Shown here piece by piece: positions 7,813 through 15,903 of a DNA stretch of 32,000 nt (position 1 is the first letter of the stretch; the number at the start of each line of letters is the position of its first letter). A program made the position numbers and the translations under genes. Source of the DNA: Crocosphaera subtropica ATCC 51142 (GTDB taxonomy: Bacteria; Cyanobacteriota; Cyanobacteriia; Cyanobacteriales; Microcystaceae). Location: positions 3,540,001 to 3,572,000 of the forward strand of contig NC_010546.1 of assembly GCF_000017845.1 (NCBI RefSeq), read 5' to 3'. The notes beneath the pieces were generated by a model. It saw only the letters and a program-made list of their open reading frames with translations, was not told where the DNA came from and searched no databases.

Positions 7813-9183
7813 CTAAAGATTATCAGCAAAATAACGATGATATAATTGACAACTGGGTTGAGCTTCATCTCCTACTAAAGTAATTAATCCCATACTTTCT
7901 AATTTGTAGGCAACAGACGGTTCTAATTGAACCCCAGTATCGCTTTTGACCACTTCTTTCATCCCTTCTGCTAAGTCAGGAGAAGATTGTAAATTATCCC
8001 AATGACGACGTAAATGACTACTATAAATTCCCCCTTGGGTTGGGGCTTCTGCTAATAGTTGATGTTCGGAAATATTCTTATGGGCTAAGGCATCTAAAGC
8101 TAAACGAATCAAATAGGGATGTCCTCCTACCATATCAATCAAATCCTTAGCAAACTGTTCTTTTTCTGGATCGTCTGACCAATCAAATTTATAAAATATA
8201 GCTAACTTTAAGACTTGTTGTAAGTTAAATCCTGGTAATTTAACTTGTTTTCCTACATTAAAAGGAGATTGATTAGCATCTAATTTGATATAAACTTCTG
8301 TGGAATTAGCAATAACTAAGCGTAGATTTTGCCAAATTTCTAAATTATTCGCTTCTTCGTGCCAATAGCGTAACATGGGTAAAAAATCTTTAGCAATATC
8401 TCCATATTCAAAGATCCGATCTAAGTTATCTAAACCTAAAGCCAAAGGGCGATCAATATTTTCTAAGACATAACTTTGAAAATAGGTTTTGCAACTCACT
8501 AAACTACCAAATAATTCTTCATCCCAGTAATCGTCTAGCTGAGGTTTTAGGTCTAATTCTCGACTAATATTAGCACAAAACCACCGTAAAAATTTATCTA
8601 AACTGCTAAACATTGCCGATTCAGCAGAGCGGAGATTGAGGTAAACTTTGCGACATTCGTTATTTTCTGCATGGTCTAAAATAATCTTTAAAAGAGATGT
8701 TTTACCCATTTTTTCTGGAGCTTTAATACGAATTAATGTCCCAGGTTTAAGGATAGTTTGACAACAATCTGATTCAATGGGAGGACGGGGAATATAAATA
8801 GGAGAATCGATCTTAATCGGTAGACGATTATCCATCTCAGGAAAAATAGGAAAAGTCGGTATAGCGGTGGCTTGTTTCCATTCAGGATATTTGATATCTT
8901 TTAACCATTCTCGTAAAATTTGAAACTTTCCTGGACCTTTGCTACGGGGATCTAATTCAGGACAACCATTGGGTTTTTCACTAGAGAAAGAACTATATAA
9001 TTCTGTCATTTGTTTCTTATAGGTTTCATGACTGGCTGCTTCTGCCAGTTCCCACACTTCTGTATCCGGTTTGCGCCAATTTTCATAAGCAAAGCGCACT
9101 AAAAAAATTTCTCTTAGTCTCCCTTTTAAATTTTGATCGTTGGCAACATCTATAAGAAATTGATCCCAGTTTTTTGGTTTCAT
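7813..9183 (-). CDS. STAND-like 'AAA-like domain' ATPase with an N-terminal HTH-like domain
   Basis: 456-aa ORF with Walker A-like APEKMGKTS, Walker B-like LALGLDNLD, a GGHPYL motif and a winged-helix-like C-terminal tail. The N-terminal ~100 aa (FLVRFAYENW...TYKKQMTELYSSF...KGPGKFQILREWL) recalls the HTH-like heads of cyanobacterial AAA-like proteins. Family assignment is from memory and needs an HMM check. Confidence 0.7.
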   Translation of the reverse strand: MKPKNWDQFLIDVANDQNLKGRLREIFLVRFAYENWRKPDTEVWELAEAASHETYKKQMTELYSSFSSEKPNGCPELDPRSKGPGKFQILREWLKDIKYPEWKQATAIPTFPIFPEMDNRLPIKIDSPIYIPRPPIESDCCQTILKPGTLIRIKAPEKMGKTSLLKIILDHAENNECRKVYLNLRSAESAMFSSLDKFLRWFCANISRELDLKPQLDDYWDEELFGSLVSCKTYFQSYVLENIDRPLALGLDNLDRIFEYGDIAKDFLPMLRYWHEEANNLEIWQNLRLVIANSTEVYIKLDANQSPFNVGKQVKLPGFNLQQVLKLAIFYKFDWSDDPEKEQFAKDLIDMVGGHPYLIRLALDALAHKNISEHQLLAEAPTQGGIYSSHLRRHWDNLQSSPDLAEGMKEVVKSDTGVQLEPSVAYKLESMGLITLVGDEAQPSCQLYHRYFADNL

Positions 9184-9367
9184 AGCGATCGCATTAATGA
9201 TAATGATAATTAAAACAAAAATTGTCTATATTTGGTAAAAGGTTTTGCCCTTGGGGTAATAATTAATTGCATTGTAACAGTTTACTTTGGTTATTTTTGA
9301 TGATTTTCAATGCAAATCCATCCCAACATAGGGAATTTTTACATATTCCTGTCCCTGAACCTGTGCT

Positions 9368-9612
9368 ATGCTATCGGACGCTTACCAATTTTCTCTCTAT
9401 GAGGAGTGTAATTTTAGGCTATTAATAAAACTTATCAAAAACTCCATTGGGGGGGGGTAGCACTTATCGTTCTATCCTTCGCTGTTGCCGGTGCGATCGT
9501 TCAACCCGCCAACGCCAATACTATTACTTTTGATATTAAAGCCCTAATTAGAGAGCAATTACCGACTATTCAGATATATATTACCTTTAGCTGTAAAGCA
9601 GAATTTTATTAA
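9368..9612 (+). pseudogene. Frameshifted remnant of a small secreted protein, interrupted at a G9 homopolymer
   Basis: The frame from ATG 9368 ends at TAG 9458-9460, directly after the G9 tract (9449-9457). The frame starting at 9457 encodes a signal-peptide-like VALIVLSFAVAGAIVQPANA/NTITFD... up to TAA 9610-9612. A G10 tract would join the two frames. Confidence 0.3.
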
Positions 9613-9751
9613 CAAAAATATCAATGCAGTGTCAATCGTAAAATTGTGATTTCACCTATGGTTGATCCTACTGCTTTACCTGTTGCTGAAAGTTTAGGGA
9701 TTGAAGTTTATAGTTATGCTGAAGATCTCAACTTTAATCAATAAATAATTA

Positions 9752-10567
9752 ATGTATGATTCTACCTGTAAATTTATCGCTCTCGAATATTCCAGAGATT
9801 TAGCGACTTGGTTAATAGGTAAACCCTTAGACTTAACAGAAATTAAACCATCAGAATTATCCTTAGAACCGATAAGAGCCGATACTTTAATCTTTTTGGA
9901 GTCAGAAGAATTAATCTTACATATCGAGTTCCAAACTGATCCTAAAGACGATATTCCCTATAGAATGCTTGATTATGCTACAAGACTCTATCGACGCTAT
10001 CCCCATAAACCCATCCATCAAGTGGTGATTTATCTCAGGAAAAATAACTCCCTCTTAGTCAGACAAAATGACTATCAACAAGGGAAAACCTATCATCAAT
10101 TTGAGGTAATTAGACTCTGGGAACAACCCTCAGAACCCTTATTACAAGCACCGGGACTGTTTCCCTTTGCCATACTCGCTCAAACGCAAGATCAAGAAAA
10201 TTTGCTGCGGCAAATAGCCCAAGAAATCGAGCAAATTAGCGACAGTCGAGAACAAAGTAATGTGGCTGCCTCTACCGCCATTCTCGCCGGGTTAGTATTA
10301 AATAAAGAGATCATTCAACGATTATTGAGGAAAGACATTATGAAAGAATCTGTTATTTATCAAGAAATCAGAGCAGAAGGACAACAAGAAGAAGCAGTAA
10401 ACTTGCTTTTACGTCAATTAAATCGCCGTATCGGTGGTATTTCTCCCGAATTATCCCACAAAATCCGTAGTATGTCCCTAGAACAGTTAGAAAACTTAGG
10501 TGAGGCTTTATTAGATTTTCACTCACTACAAGATTTAGAACAATGGCTCGAAAATGAGAGCGTTTAA
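9752..10567 (+). CDS. Rpn-family recombination-promoting nuclease / putative transposase (PD-(D/E)XK, DUF4351-type C-terminus)
   Basis: 271-aa ORF. MYDSTCKFI...RADTLIFLESEELILHIEFQT...YRMLDYATRLYRRY and the C-terminal LEQLENLGEALLDF...LEQWL are typical of this cyanobacterial family. Confidence 0.75.
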   Translation: MYDSTCKFIALEYSRDLATWLIGKPLDLTEIKPSELSLEPIRADTLIFLESEELILHIEFQTDPKDDIPYRMLDYATRLYRRYPHKPIHQVVIYLRKNNSLLVRQNDYQQGKTYHQFEVIRLWEQPSEPLLQAPGLFPFAILAQTQDQENLLRQIAQEIEQISDSREQSNVAASTAILAGLVLNKEIIQRLLRKDIMKESVIYQEIRAEGQQEEAVNLLLRQLNRRIGGISPELSHKIRSMSLEQLENLGEALLDFHSLQDLEQWLENESV

Positions 10568-10580
10568 CTAATTTACTCTA

Positions 10581-11741
10581 TTGGAAAACATCATAGTTTT
10601 AATAATAGTGAATCAATTTGACAGTCTATTTTCTCGTTCTTGGTTAACTAAACCAATTATTGCTTGGATTATCTATGATATTGCCAGTTCAGGTTTTATG
10701 ATGGTTTCCACCGTTGGCTATCCCGTTTTTTTCCGTGATATCGTCTGTGGGGGTGGGGCAACCTGTGATGGAACATGGGCAATCTGGGTTTCTTTATCAT
10801 TAGTCATTTCAGGTGGACTTGCGCCCTTTATAGGGGCGATCGCTGATCTGGGAGCTTTGCGTCATCGGTTATTTGTGTTGATGACCCTACTCTGTGGGGG
10901 AGGTACCCTTGCCATGTGGAGTGTCCAACCCCACTTTCTGCTCTGGGGAGGTATCGTATTTTTACTGGCGCAAATGGGCTATCTTTTAGCCACCAATCTT
11001 TATGATGCTTATTTGCCTTTTCTCGCTTCACCCCGAATGGTAACAAAACTGTCAGGATTGGGATGGGGCTTAGGCTATTTAGGGGGAATTGGCTGTTATT
11101 TATTATTTTGGCTGGCAAAATCAAATAATAATCTTGATTTACTGATGGAAAGTCGCCTTACTTTTACTATTGTTGGTTTATGGGTGCTTGTTCTTTCCAT
11201 TCCTGCTTTTATTTGGCTACCTCGTCCTTCTCAACCAAAGGCGATCGCTCTTCCCCAGTTAATCAGGCAATCCTATCGTCAGGTTTGGCATACATTCATT
11301 AATTTAAGAAAAAAAAATCAGGATATTTTGCAATTTTTAATCGGGTTTTATTCTTTAGACGAAGGTTTTGTCGAAGAAAATGCTGACCTTTCTATCGAAG
11401 TAGCTCTGGGTGCTGCTCCTTTTCTAATTGGCGTAGGTACAAATTCCACTTTGTATAAGTATCCCGACTCTTCCATTCTTCAGGCTATAGTTGTCGGTAG
11501 AGATACAATCTTTGTGACAACAACCGAGGGTGATACAGTAGGAACTCAAAACATAGAGACACTGAGTATTGGTGGTTCTCTCCTAGGTCCTAACGCCCCT
11601 GATCAGGTTGGTTCATACACCCTCACCTTTAGTAATGCGACTCAGGCGGTTCCTGAACCTTTAACTATTTTAGGTGCTGGTGCTGCTATCGCCTTTGGAA
11701 CAGGTTTCAAACGTCAATTAAGTAAAGCTAAGAAGAAATAG
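10581..11741 (+). CDS. Chimeric ORF: N-terminal ~260 aa of a UMF1/Atg22-type MFS transporter fused in frame to a PEP-CTERM C-terminal domain (probable rearrangement product)
   Basis: The N-terminal part (LTKPIIAWIIYDIASSGF..., multiple TMs) stops mid-transporter near nt ~11365-11375 (FLIGFYSLDEGF|VEEN). The C-terminus carries VPEPLTILGAGAAIAFGTGFKRQLSKAKKK. Only TTG (10581) or GTG (10608) starts are available. Confidence 0.6.
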   Translation: MENIIVLIIVNQFDSLFSRSWLTKPIIAWIIYDIASSGFMMVSTVGYPVFFRDIVCGGGATCDGTWAIWVSLSLVISGGLAPFIGAIADLGALRHRLFVLMTLLCGGGTLAMWSVQPHFLLWGGIVFLLAQMGYLLATNLYDAYLPFLASPRMVTKLSGLGWGLGYLGGIGCYLLFWLAKSNNNLDLLMESRLTFTIVGLWVLVLSIPAFIWLPRPSQPKAIALPQLIRQSYRQVWHTFINLRKKNQDILQFLIGFYSLDEGFVEENADLSIEVALGAAPFLIGVGTNSTLYKYPDSSILQAIVVGRDTIFVTTTEGDTVGTQNIETLSIGGSLLGPNAPDQVGSYTLTFSNATQAVPEPLTILGAGAAIAFGTGFKRQLSKAKKK

Positions 11742-11766
11742 ACTTTAAGATACCTCGAAAAATCAC

Positions 11767-11825
11767 CTTATTCTCAATAAGCGAAGCCCAGAAACCTATG
11801 AATTCGTAACTTGTTCTCAATAAGC
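11767..11825. promoter_or_regulatory. Two copies of a 16-nt internally palindromic box upstream of the csbD-like gene
   Basis: cttattctcaataagc (11767-11782) and cttgttctcaataagc (11810-11825) are 15/16 identical with starts 43 nt apart. Each has the form cttatt-ctc-aataag. They lie 105-160 nt upstream of the ATG at 11930. Confidence 0.35.
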
Positions 11826-11929
11826 TTGAATTAATCGAGGTGTTCTTTAAGGCTATTAGACATCTCCAGAAATCAGGCTAGAAGCCTGGAATCACTGTAC
11901 CAAAATCTAAAACAAAAGGAGACAAAACC

Positions 11930-12133
11930 ATGAGTACCGAAGATAAAATCAAAGCCACTGCTAAAAATCTCGAAGGAAAAGCCCAAGGATTTCTGGGAGA
12001 AATGACCGGAGATACTGAGATGCAAGCAGAAGGGAAAGCTAAACAAGTTGAAGCATCTGCAATGCACATGGCAGAAAATGTCAAAGATAAGGCTAAAGAC
12101 GTTTTAGATGCTATCAAAGACAAACTAGATTAG
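11930..12133 (+). CDS. CsbD-family general stress protein
   Basis: 67-aa ORF with the typical CsbD pattern KIKATAKNLEGKAQGFLGEMTGDTEMQAEGKAKQ. Good RBS (aaaggaga) upstream. Confidence 0.85.
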   Translation: MSTEDKIKATAKNLEGKAQGFLGEMTGDTEMQAEGKAKQVEASAMHMAENVKDKAKDVLDAIKDKLD

Positions 12134-12146
12134 AACAATTTCGCTT

Positions 12147-12410
12147 ATGAATATTATCGCTTGGATTATTTTAGGTTTGTTGGCTGGGGCGATCGCTAAA
12201 TGGATCTTCCCTGGCCATCAAGGAGGCGGTTTTCTCGCCACCATGTTTTTAGGTATCATCGGCGCATTTATTGGCGGTACCTTGATTGGTTTGATCCAAA
12301 CTGGGAAATTACAGCTTGTTGGGGCATCTCTGACTATTCCAGGGGTCTTTGTGGCCGTTTTAGGGGCAATCATCGCCATTTGGCTCTGGGGTCTGCTTAA
12401 TCGTGGCTAA
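12147..12410 (+). CDS. GlsB/YeaQ/YmgE-family (transglycosylase-associated) stress membrane protein
   Basis: 87-aa ORF with NIIAWIILGLLAGAIAKWIFPG...GIIGAFIGG signature. It starts 13 nt after csbD, so the two are probably co-transcribed. Confidence 0.85.
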   Translation: MNIIAWIILGLLAGAIAKWIFPGHQGGGFLATMFLGIIGAFIGGTLIGLIQTGKLQLVGASLTIPGVFVAVLGAIIAIWLWGLLNRG

Positions 12411-12598
12411 CTGGCAACTGAGAGTCAATACCCAGAAAAATTCACTCAATTAACTAATTGCAACTGAAAATGAAAAATAAAACTGGACTTAGCCTTGCCA
12501 CCACTTCCGCATTTCAGAGAATTAAATATCCCTATAACTCTTTGTGTATCTTCTTAAAGGACTAATTTTCTTGTACCTAAACGACAAATCATTGAAAA

Positions 12599-13345
12599 AT
12601 GCGTAAAATTTTCTCAGCCTTATTACTCGCTGCCTTAATTACTACCCCTGTCATCCTACCTTCTCCAGCCTTAAGCGAAGTTCGTAAAGAACGGGTACAA
12701 TTCAAAGCCGGAACATCAGGAACAACCATTCAAGGCAAAATCCAGGGAGAACAAATCGTTCAATATCTTATCCGCGCTAATGCGGGGCAAACCCTATCCA
12801 TTGGCTTCAATAGCGATAATGGGGGGAGTTCTTTCAATATTTATGCACCGGGTAAAGTCCCCGGCAAAGATGGGGCGATGGTGATCGGGGAAAACGTCAG
12901 TAACGCCTATGAAGGAAGCTTACCAGCAACTGGGGATTACATAATCCAAGTGGGTTTGAACCGCAATGCGGTGCGTAATAATGAAGTAGCGAATTATCAA
13001 CTAAAAATTAATATTACTGGCGGTGATCTTCAAGGGGATGCCAAAGTCCCCGGTACAAACTACCATGCTACGGGTAATGTGACCTGTTCGATGGGTAATG
13101 GACAACCAACGGGATCTTGTCCCTTCGGTGTCACTCGTCGGGGTAACGGTAGCGCAGATGTCACCGTTACCAAACCCGATGGCCGCAAGCGTGTTATTTT
13201 CTTTGAAAATGGTCAGGCCATCAGTGCAGATACGAGTCAAGCTGATCCCGGAGACTTTAGTGCCTCGAAAAAAGACGATATCTATATTATCCGCATTGGT
13301 AAGGAACGCTACGAAATTTTTGAAGCGATCGTTTTTGGGGGTTAG
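12599..13345 (+). CDS. Secreted protein of unknown function (two-domain, conserved ERYEI..A...GG C-terminus)
   Basis: 248-aa ORF with a signal peptide (LLLAALITTPVILPSPALS). No motif I can assign with confidence. Confidence 0.65.
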   Translation: MRKIFSALLLAALITTPVILPSPALSEVRKERVQFKAGTSGTTIQGKIQGEQIVQYLIRANAGQTLSIGFNSDNGGSSFNIYAPGKVPGKDGAMVIGENVSNAYEGSLPATGDYIIQVGLNRNAVRNNEVANYQLKINITGGDLQGDAKVPGTNYHATGNVTCSMGNGQPTGSCPFGVTRRGNGSADVTVTKPDGRKRVIFFENGQAISADTSQADPGDFSASKKDDIYIIRIGKERYEIFEAIVFGG

Positions 13346-13392
13346 GGGCATTATCTCGCAAGCGTAAGGGATAAAACCCAGTCAACTTAATC

Positions 13393-13414
13393 AATGTATG
13401 ATTCTATCTGTAAA
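13393..13414 (+). repeat. Orphan copy of the 5' end of the Rpn-family gene (21/22 nt identical to 9751-9772)
   Basis: aatgtatgattctatctgtaaa versus aatgtatgattctacctgtaaa. It would encode MYDSICKTVF then a stop, so only a stub remains. Confidence 0.6.
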
Positions 13415-13582
13415 ACCGTTTTTTAATTCTACTATTTTCTACTTAGTTCCATGTTACCTCCTATAGAAAACAAGAAAAATTAGTGATCAATGGGACTGAC
13501 ATTCTAACTCAGGATTCCTATGATCAGAGTAGAGGAGAAAAGAAACCCTCTAACCAGGTGTGAGTTAAGGAGAGACCTAACC

Positions 13583-13750
13583 ATGAACAAGAAACTAAGC
13601 ATCAAACGTAAACTAGCGACAATAATGGCAATTTCGCTGTTGGTTGTTTTCGGTGTCGAGACCATGGCCATTGCGTCTTCTAACCCTTTCTCTGACAGTT
13701 CTATCGTCTATGGTAAAGACTGTCCAGGGGATGACAAAGATGATTGCTAA
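13583..13750 (+). CDS. Small secreted peptide (55 aa) with an acidic, two-Cys C-terminus
   Basis: The ATG at 13583 is preceded by aaggaga. Signal-like KLATIMAISLLVVFGVETMAIA. The mature part ends KDCPGDDKDDC. It is followed by its own terminator. I prefer the internal start over 13520. Confidence 0.5.
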   Translation: MNKKLSIKRKLATIMAISLLVVFGVETMAIASSNPFSDSSIVYGKDCPGDDKDDC

Positions 13751-13800
13751 ATGTCGCTGCCGTTGATAAACTCCGACCACAACACACCTAAAAGTTGGAG

Positions 13801-13830
13801 AAAGCTAGGAATTTTCCTGGCTTTTTCTTT
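13801..13830 (+). terminator. Intrinsic terminator after the small peptide gene
   Basis: The stem aaagctagg (13801-13809) / cctggcttt (13816-13824) has one G-U pair and a 6-nt loop, and is followed by a T-rich tract ttcttt. Confidence 0.55.
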
Positions 13831-14082
13831 AAAAGCTTAACAAGTGAATGGTCAAAATATGGATAAGGTCTAATAGCAATTTTCATTTGCATAGAATATA
13901 AACTTTTTAGCTTTGAGGCAGTCCGTAGGAGTTAGATTCCTAGATTTTCCACTCAATTGAAAATCGCTGTAAGAGAAGAATTGCCTAAGTAAAATTTTTA
14001 GCCAAGTGTCATATTAAGTCGTCATGATTATAAAGTAATAAAAAAGTTATCCTAGAAACTCATTGATAGTTTCCTCGGCAAT

Positions 14083-15903
14083 ATGTGGCTTAAACAATCT
14101 TCTCAGTCCAAATGGCAAACCGCCGTCTCCACCGATAATTATAGTTCCTACGATACCCGACAGAAAAAGACCAACCGAACCATCGGGCAACAGCGTCAAC
14201 CCCTATTTATCATGTTATTTGTCAGTGTCATTCTTTTAGGGGCTATTGGCACTCGTCTCGCCTTTTTACAATTAATGCAAGGGGAAGACTACCGAGAAAA
14301 AGCAGAAAATAACCGTGTTCGCATTGTCCCTAAACCCCCTGTCCGTGGCAACATTTTTGACCGAAAAGGCCGGGTTTTAGCCTCCACTCGGCTTACCCAT
14401 GCAGCTTATCTCTGGCCGATGGTAGTAAATCAACCAGACTGGCCGCAAAATCGCAAATATTTAGCCCAACTTCTGTCAATTCCTGAAGACAGTATTGAAA
14501 ATAAAATTCAACAGGCCGGTTATAACGCCTCAACCCTAATTAGAATTGCTCGTAGCTTAAATCCTGCCCAAATTACAGCTTTAGAAGAATTTAAAACCGA
14601 ATTAAACGGTCTAGAAGTAGATATCGAAACCGTCAGAGATTATCCCAATAAAGACATGGCAGCCCATGTCTTAGGCTACACCGGAGAACTCAACGCCGAA
14701 GAACTCAAGCGAAGACGTTCCGAAGGCTATCGCTTAGGGGATATTGTCGGCAAGATGGGGGTCGAAGCAGCCTACGAACAACAATTACGAGGGGAATGGG
14801 GCGGTATTGAACTAGAAGTAGACGGAGCCGGCAAAGTGATGAAAGTATTGGGTCAAAAAGTCGGTCAACCCGGCAAAGACGTGACCCTGACCCTCGACCT
14901 CGACGTACAGAAAGCAGCCGAAGCAGCCCTAGGAGAACGCATCGGGGCCGTTGTTGCCCTCAACCCCCAAACTGGAGGGGTTCTCGCCATGGCCAGTAAC
15001 CCCACCTTCGACCCGAATATTTTCTCCACTCAAATCACTCCCCAAATCTGGAAACAGCTACAAAAGAAAGGTAATCCCTTCGTTAATCGGGCGTTACGAG
15101 GGTTTCCTCCTGCTTCTACCTTTAAAGTCGTCACCGCCACCGCAGGGATGGAGTCGGGCAAATATCCCCCTGATACGGTGTTAAATACTTTCGCCTATCT
15201 CAACGTAGGAGGGACTGCTTTTGGAGAATGGAACCGAGCCGGGTTCGGACCGATGGGTTATGTTAGAGCGATGGCTTGGAGTAGTAATACCTTTCATGGT
15301 CAAATTGGTCGGGGTGTAGGTGGCCCAACTTTAATCAAATATGCCCGTCTCTATGGGTTTGGCTCTAAAACCGGTATCGAACTCGGAGAAGAAGCAGCCG
15401 GGTTAATTGCGGATAATGAATGGAAAATGGAAAATTATGATTGGGAATGGACCGATGGGGACACGGTGAATATGTCCATTGGTCAAGGGTTTACCCAAGC
15501 CACCCCCCTACAAGTGGCCATTATGTTCGCTGTGCCGGCTAACGGAGGCTATCGCTTGAAACCCCATTTCTTTGAAGAAAAAGATGACCTGGAAAAATGG
15601 CGTACTTCGATGGACCTTAAACCCAGTACCCTGAAAATCCTACGAGAAGGACTGAGGGCGGTGGTTTCGAGTGGAACGGGTAAGGCTCTTAATGTTCCCA
15701 GTTTACCTCCTGCGGCGGGTAAAAGTGGCACCGCAGAAGCCCCCCCAGGAGAGTCTCATGCTTGGTTTGGTGGCTTTGCCCCTTACGATAAGCCAGAAAT
15801 TGTGGTTGTCGCCTTTGCAGAGCATTCTGGCGGGGGTGGCGGATCTGTAGCTGCTCCTATGGTACGCCAAGTGATGGAAGCTTATTTTAAGAACAATAAA
15901 TAG
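14083..15903 (+). CDS. mrdA: Class-B penicillin-binding protein 2, elongation-type peptidoglycan D,D-transpeptidase
   Basis: 606-aa ORF with an N-terminal TM. PBP2-type AENNRVRIVPKPPVRGNIFDRKGRVLAS. Transpeptidase motifs STFK, SSN and KSGTA. Confidence 0.85.
   Translation: MWLKQSSQSKWQTAVSTDNYSSYDTRQKKTNRTIGQQRQPLFIMLFVSVILLGAIGTRLAFLQLMQGEDYREKAENNRVRIVPKPPVRGNIFDRKGRVLASTRLTHAAYLWPMVVNQPDWPQNRKYLAQLLSIPEDSIENKIQQAGYNASTLIRIARSLNPAQITALEEFKTELNGLEVDIETVRDYPNKDMAAHVLGYTGELNAEELKRRRSEGYRLGDIVGKMGVEAAYEQQLRGEWGGIELEVDGAGKVMKVLGQKVGQPGKDVTLTLDLDVQKAAEAALGERIGAVVALNPQTGGVLAMASNPTFDPNIFSTQITPQIWKQLQKKGNPFVNRALRGFPPASTFKVVTATAGMESGKYPPDTVLNTFAYLNVGGTAFGEWNRAGFGPMGYVRAMAWSSNTFHGQIGRGVGGPTLIKYARLYGFGSKTGIELGEEAAGLIADNEWKMENYDWEWTDGDTVNMSIGQGFTQATPLQVAIMFAVPANGGYRLKPHFFEEKDDLEKWRTSMDLKPSTLKILREGLRAVVSSGTGKALNVPSLPPAAGKSGTAEAPPGESHAWFGGFAPYDKPEIVVVAFAEHSGGGGGSVAAPMVRQVMEAYFKNNK

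Noticed and set aside
13583-13750. Small Cys-containing peptide as a RiPP or bacteriocin precursor
   Set aside because: No maturation, transport or immunity genes are adjacent. The leader looks like an ordinary Sec signal rather than a RiPP leader.
13751-13840. 29-aa ORF starting immediately after the small-peptide stop codon
   Set aside because: Its coding region consists largely of the terminator hairpin and T tract, so it is more parsimoniously non-coding.
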